A model generated the notes under the pieces. The model saw only the letters and a list, made by a program, of their open reading frames with translations. It searched no databases and was not told the DNA's origin. A DNA stretch of 11,742 bases from Candidatus Heimdallarchaeota archaeon (GTDB lineage Archaea; Asgardarchaeota; Heimdallarchaeia; Hodarchaeales; Hodarchaeaceae): NCBI GenBank assembly GCA_019057635.1, contig DXJL01000040.1, positions 1 to 11,742 of the forward strand, read 5' to 3'. Position 1 is the first letter of the stretch. The number at the start of each line of letters is the position of its first letter. Of the stretch, positions 7,052-11,742 are shown piece by piece. The position numbers were made by a program, and so were the translations under genes.

Positions 7052-10000
7052 TCCTTTTCATTATCTTCAAGAAATTCAGATTCAAAATCACCCATTATAC
7101 TATCGGTTACTTCATCCGTATCTGTTTCAATTTCTTCTAAAATCTCCACAGTTCCAGAGATGAACAGACGGAATTCTCGAACTTTTTGATTGATGATTTC
7201 TTTGTCCTCACCTGCAAGAAGATAATTCTTAATATCTTGCATGCCTTCTTTGATTTCTTCCTGGAAAGTATGTGAAACTTCAGTCCACTTTTCACGCATC
7301 AGAAGCATCATAAACAGGACTCCCTGACGAGGAGTCTCAGGAGTATGTTCTAACGATAATGTAGATACCCATTTTTGAGGAAGACTAGCAACAGGATAGG
7401 CAAAAGTAATTGCTGAACAATTAATTTCTTCAATGGTAAAGTCAACATAGGTGACCATATCTTCAGCCCGAGTTTGCATGACAAAATCCACGGTATTGTT
7501 GGCCCTATCAACTAGCTCTTTCAAATACTGATAGAATTGCCCGATCAGGGAAGGTTCCCAAAGTAACATACTTGTGATTCCTTCACCTTGACCATAAGCT
7601 GCCACAAAACCAAACATTGCCTCTTCCCCGAGGTACGCTAGACGTTCGCCACCTCTCAATGCAATATCAAAGCGGCGTCTACGTACAGTTCGCAATCTCC
7701 GTCTTTGAGTAATTTTAATCGCAGTGAATAATGAAATTATGATGGTAGTGATTATAGTTTCTGTTAAGAATAGTCCAATAGTCGTAGAAACAAAGAATCG
7801 TGTAGTATAGGACTTAGTAGGTCGGTTTGATTGATCAATATTATTGCCAACGTTGTCAATGGCATTTATCCTAAATTCTATCAGCTGGTTACCAAACCAA
7901 TCGGTATCAAGTTCAATATAATATTGGCCCCGACTTGTAGAGTATGATAAGTTGATTACATGTCCCCAACCAGATCCTTTTCGCTTTTCAAGTGTTACTA
8001 CCGCAATCCCACTTCCTCCATCAGTTGCTTGTACCCACACCTTCATTTTTCCAGGGAAAGGATCCTCTGGATCCAGTATTTGTATTTTGGGAGCAACAAT
8101 GTCATAAACGACAACATTTTGTGAAGTGTTGTCGTTATTCCCCACTTTATCCTCCACAAACACATTGATTGAGTAACTATTTTCTACTCCCAGATTGAAG
8201 GGAAGTTGAAGTGCGCCTTGAGGCGTGGAAGGAGTAGAACGAACCTCATACAATCCAATACTATCATTGAAACTCAATTGAATATAGGAGTAGTTATACA
8301 ATATTGTTCCTTCAGAATTACGACCTACTACGAAAGAATCGTTCTTAGCATATGTTACCGTTAAATACACTCTTTCAATTTCACCAAAGGGATCTTCGGC
8401 ATAAGTATAGACAACTGTATGACCTTCTTCAGTCACACTTTGTATGATATCATCAATGTAAATAACAGGATCAATTTCATCATCCTCAGATAATATAGGA
8501 AGAACAGAGTAGCTGTTTGTATTTCCCTCGGTGTCACTTAGACTAATAGTAAATTTTAACGTACTTCCATACCCTACATAGACTTTGGTTTCATAAGTCG
8601 TTATGTCGCCAATAGTTACGATATCTTTCATGGGTAATAGCTGAAAAGGGCCATCATCAATGGTGTAATTAAGAATTACTTCATCCACACCAAAACCCCA
8701 ATCGCTCGTATTGACTCTAATTTTGGCTGTACCATTCCCGTACCAATTAACAAAGGAAGAATTGGTAGGATCCAATTCACTCTCAATTATTGGAGGAGTA
8801 TAATCTCCAATGACATGCGAATAAATATCTGTAGTAAATTCATTACCAACGCTATCGAAGACAACAAACTTATACTCAACTAAATCACTAACATTTACAG
8901 CAATAATTCTATCCCAGTGAGTTTCATTAAATCCTGAAGCTGTGATATTTGTCCTCAGTAGTCGATATTGTAAACTAATATTTGTTTGAAGATTTACACT
9001 TCCTGTACGGTTGTAAAATGCAGTCACATTCTCTATTGGACTGGTCCATATTCCTTCCCGAAAATTAGTCCAAAATGCATATTCGGAAACATCGTCGGTT
9101 CTATCCAAGCCTAGACCAACAGGTTCAGGAGAACTAGTATCGGTAACATCATTAATTCCTTCGATAAGGATATCATCAAACCAGACATCAAAATATTCAT
9201 TCCAATACTCTCTTGTGTTTAAATATGCCCCTAATTCTAATGTGTAATTTGATGTATCATTACGGGGAACATAAAATTGGCCTGTGAAATTGTACCATTG
9301 TTCATCCAATGTTACATTTCTTCCAACACGATAAAATACGGTGCCATTAGGATTCTGATCACTAATTGGATTTCCTAGCCAAAATGTTTCAGAAGTCGAT
9401 GCATGCTTTATCCTACATCGAATTTCTTGGTAATCAGGGGTTATATCTCCAGAAATTCCATTCCATTCATAATCATTGAAAGCAGGAGGATCATAAGCGT
9501 CAAAACGCCACTTAAAACTAATTTGGATCATTTCAAAATCCTGGGTGATGGGAAATTCTAGTTGCCAACCAGTAGAGATTCCGCCCTGTATTTTATCGTT
9601 AAGATTTTCATTGGCATTTGTTTTGTTAGTTCCATTATTTCCTATCCTGCTGAATAAAGCATCACTTGTTAACCCATTTTCGGCAGGATATATTATCCCT
9701 TCTTGATATAAGGAGGAATTGGATAGCACTTCTGGGTCTGATGATAGAGAAGCATCCCAGATATTCTCAGTAAATGCGAATGATTCATTATCATTATCTA
9801 TTGTTATATTGAGAATAATAGTCGAGGTATCTTGAATAGCAAGCCTTGGTCTTTCACCGACAGAAACCGTATCAGAGGAATCCTGTCTGGGAAAAAGGGT
9901 AGGAAAAACAGATAAACTCTCAATTCTTTGTATAGATGAATTATGTGAGCGAGGAAGATGACCAATAGTTCCTGAAAACGTGAAAAACAAACTAAAATTA

Positions 10001-10053
10001 GTGATAAGCAAAATCAATAATAAAATGTTTAATCGAGACCTTTTCATTTTCAT
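7048..10053 (-). CDS. Type I single-pass membrane protein: signal peptide, beta-sandwich N-domain, ~4 Ig-like repeats, TM helix, polybasic linker, cytoplasmic divergent longin/uDENN-like domain, acidic tail
   Basis: MKMKRSRLNILLLILLITNFSLFF signal peptide; repeated D-x-x-x-P-x-I and D-x-x-G-N motifs; more than 20 N-x-S/T sequons; TM at 7779-7717; QRRRLRTVRRRRF. The C-terminal ~200 aa align by eye with the tail of the upstream gene. ATGA overlap at 10050-10053 with AGGAGG upstream (true start may be ATG 10047). Confidence 0.85.
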   Translation of the reverse strand: MKMKRSRLNILLLILLITNFSLFFTFSGTIGHLPRSHNSSIQRIESLSVFPTLFPRQDSSDTVSVGERPRLAIQDTSTIILNITIDNDNESFAFTENIWDASLSSDPEVLSNSSLYQEGIIYPAENGLTSDALFSRIGNNGTNKTNANENLNDKIQGGISTGWQLEFPITQDFEMIQISFKWRFDAYDPPAFNDYEWNGISGDITPDYQEIRCRIKHASTSETFWLGNPISDQNPNGTVFYRVGRNVTLDEQWYNFTGQFYVPRNDTSNYTLELGAYLNTREYWNEYFDVWFDDILIEGINDVTDTSSPEPVGLGLDRTDDVSEYAFWTNFREGIWTSPIENVTAFYNRTGSVNLQTNISLQYRLLRTNITASGFNETHWDRIIAVNVSDLVEYKFVVFDSVGNEFTTDIYSHVIGDYTPPIIESELDPTNSSFVNWYGNGTAKIRVNTSDWGFGVDEVILNYTIDDGPFQLLPMKDIVTIGDITTYETKVYVGYGSTLKFTISLSDTEGNTNSYSVLPILSEDDEIDPVIYIDDIIQSVTEEGHTVVYTYAEDPFGEIERVYLTVTYAKNDSFVVGRNSEGTILYNYSYIQLSFNDSIGLYEVRSTPSTPQGALQLPFNLGVENSYSINVFVEDKVGNNDNTSQNVVVYDIVAPKIQILDPEDPFPGKMKVWVQATDGGSGIAVVTLEKRKGSGWGHVINLSYSTSRGQYYIELDTDWFGNQLIEFRINAIDNVGNNIDQSNRPTKSYTTRFFVSTTIGLFLTETIITTIIISLFTAIKITQRRRLRTVRRRRFDIALRGGERLAYLGEEAMFGFVAAYGQGEGITSMLLWEPSLIGQFYQYLKELVDRANNTVDFVMQTRAEDMVTYVDFTIEEINCSAITFAYPVASLPQKWVSTLSLEHTPETPRQGVLFMMLLMREKWTEVSHTFQEEIKEGMQDIKNYLLAGEDKEIINQKVREFRLFISGTVEILEEIETDTDEVTDSIMGDFESEFLEDNEKE
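7800..9150 (-). repeat. About four degenerate ~100-125-aa Ig/FnIII-like protein repeats (not conserved at DNA level)
   Basis: Repeat starts DTSSPEP, DYTPPII, DEIDPVI, DIVAPKI. Repeat ends FDSVGN, SDTEGN, EDKVGN, IDNVGN. Confidence 0.65.
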
Positions 10054-11742
10054 TCCTCCTGTTGGGCTAGCCCATAATCGAGACCAGCATAAATTTTGTT
10101 GAAAGAAAGCATAATTCTTGATACATATTCTCGCAACTCACGAGCTTGTTTCGCAATCAAAGTTGGTTCTTTTTGTGTTTCTACCATTTCACGAATCTCA
10201 CGAAGCTTTTTGGTTAACTCATCTTGGAAAATTAGTAAATTATCTCCCCATTCTTTTCTAAGTAGCAATACGATGGTCAAGTTTTCTTTTCCCCCACGAG
10301 CTTGAGGATTATCAATCGCGAAGGAATAACCAAGAGCAGTACACTCATAACTACCAGTGGAAAAATCGAATGTTCCACTTCTTTCAGTTTCATCTAGACC
10401 GATAAACTCTAATGTTGAAAAGGATTTATCTGATAAATCTAACATAACTTGCTGTTGATCCTCAAGTAATGCTGGCTCCCAAATAACAGGAACAGGGCCT
10501 TGCACTTGATCAAAGAAATTTATGGTAACTCCTAACGCATATTCATCCATTTGAGTAAGAATGACTTCCCGAGGAATTTTCTCTCCTTCGGTAAAGATCT
10601 TTTTCATATCGTACCCCTCAGTCCTGGAAGTGACCCGAATACCCACAACAATGGCAGATACTAAAATAAATAGACATGCGACAAGAACATAAGGATGAAA
10701 AAGTATAGGAGTGAGTTCCTCTCCAATTTCAAATTTAGTTTCTGGCTCTGATTCTTTTAAGTCTTTTTGAATTGCTTCCAATTCAGCTTTAGAATAATAT
10801 TTCTGGTTACCAGTTCGATCAGCGACCAAGATTTCCACTAAATAGGATTTTTCAAAAATAGAGAAAATATCCCCTAATCCAAACGGGATTGTTCCAACAC
10901 CATAATACATTTCTAATTGATTTACTGAATCAATTTGACTTCCCCCACTCTGCTTCGTTAAATTTACCCATTTGATAATCCTTGATCCATCTAGAATTGC
11001 GACCCGTACAAAATCCACCCCAAAACCAGTCTCATTAATGTAAACACTTATCTCAAACTCACGATCTTGAGTCTGTATAATTTCAATAGACTCTATTCTA
11101 GGAGCTACATGATCCTCTATAGTAATTTCAATAGTTCGAGAATTAATATTACCTGCTCTATCTTGGATGGTTACAGTTACAAGGTAGCTTCTACCTACAA
11201 TTAATGGACCACCCCAAATGAAACATAGCTCTTCCCGACGAGGTAAAGATGAATTTTTAATTTTCATAAAAACCGTATCGGTTTCATGATTATCAATATC
11301 TGTAATGTTCAGTTGAACAATGTCTCTGTTGATTCCCGACCATAAATTATCTTGAATGTAGGTAGATATTATTACTGAACCATCAGAAATAGTAGGCTTT
11401 GAAGTCAATATACCAGATATATTCTGATAGATTATCTGTATGTCGGTTCCATTTTTTGACATGAATTCGGGGGGATATGAATCAATACTTGTGTAAACAT
11501 CGAAAGGACCAAAATCAATAGTGAGAGGGCCTTCTAATGAGTCTGGGACATCAGAAAAAGACGTACCTTTATCAATGATCGAAATTAACAATGATAGATT
11601 TTGATTAAAATCAAATTGAAAATAATTACTAGAGTAGAATTGATCATAAGTATAGTTGAAGAAATAGCGGTGAATACCAGATGGTAAGACTTGATGAATT
11701 GGAATCTGAGGGAAAGATCTAGAATTTTGACGCATATCAAAC
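10050..11742 (-). CDS. Single-pass membrane protein with Ig-like ectodomain and cytoplasmic folliculin/SMCR8/NPR2-like longin (uDENN) domain; probably 5'-truncated by the window edge
   Basis: The frame stays open upstream of ATG 11735 to the window end (TTT GAT ATG) and no signal peptide is visible, so the real start is likely outside. Ig-like motifs DSYPPEF, DHVAPRI, QDRAGN, ADRTGN; TM ~10709-10638; cytoplasmic FFDQVQGPVP and YSFAIDNPQARGGKENLTIVLL. Confidence 0.85.
   Translation of the reverse strand, partial: FDMRQNSRSFPQIPIHQVLPSGIHRYFFNYTYDQFYSSNYFQFDFNQNLSLLISIIDKGTSFSDVPDSLEGPLTIDFGPFDVYTSIDSYPPEFMSKNGTDIQIIYQNISGILTSKPTISDGSVIISTYIQDNLWSGINRDIVQLNITDIDNHETDTVFMKIKNSSLPRREELCFIWGGPLIVGRSYLVTVTIQDRAGNINSRTIEITIEDHVAPRIESIEIIQTQDREFEISVYINETGFGVDFVRVAILDGSRIIKWVNLTKQSGGSQIDSVNQLEMYYGVGTIPFGLGDIFSIFEKSYLVEILVADRTGNQKYYSKAELEAIQKDLKESEPETKFEIGEELTPILFHPYVLVACLFILVSAIVVGIRVTSRTEGYDMKKIFTEGEKIPREVILTQMDEYALGVTINFFDQVQGPVPVIWEPALLEDQQQVMLDLSDKSFSTLEFIGLDETERSGTFDFSTGSYECTALGYSFAIDNPQARGGKENLTIVLLLRKEWGDNLLIFQDELTKKLREIREMVETQKEPTLIAKQARELREYVSRIMLSFNKIYAGLDYGLAQQEE

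Noticed and set aside
6846-7163. 105-aa + strand ORF
   Set aside because: Antisense to the Zn mini-protein and the receptor C-terminus, both of which are better supported.
10096-10305. 69-aa + strand ORF
   Set aside because: Antisense shadow of the longin domain.
11733-11735. ATG 11735 as the true start of the 561-aa ORF
   Set aside because: The frame is open to the window edge and the protein lacks the signal peptide its ectodomain needs, so the gene is probably truncated by the window.
1-11742. CRISPR arrays, tRNA/rRNA genes, IS elements or integrases
   Set aside because: No regularly spaced DNA repeats, cloverleaf-like GC-rich segments, terminal inverted repeats or transposase/integrase motifs were seen.

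Overview
An AT-rich archaeal chromosomal window. It is most likely from an Asgard archaeon (inferred from the longin/uDENN-type domains, an Asgard-style CxxC/HxH small protein and an archaeal class I LysRS). Left to right it holds: an orc1/cdc6 gene on the minus strand (missed by the ORF track, running off the left edge); a ~550-bp divergent intergenic region; a 4-TM membrane protein with a PH-like tail; an archaeal GlmU-like protein with both catalytic sites apparently degenerate; class I lysS with a downstream membrane protein; a 134-aa hypothetical; and a tightly coupled three-gene minus-strand operon. That operon is the standout. It encodes two paralogous single-pass membrane proteins, each with an Ig-like, sequon-rich ectodomain and a cytoplasmic longin/uDENN-like domain, followed by a small Zn-binding protein. 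One longin domain carries the folliculin/SMCR8-type D-x-x-x-A-R-G arginine-finger motif and the other has lost it. This suggests a receptor-like, membrane-anchored heterodimeric longin GAP. All calls come from motif recognition by eye; no database searches were run.
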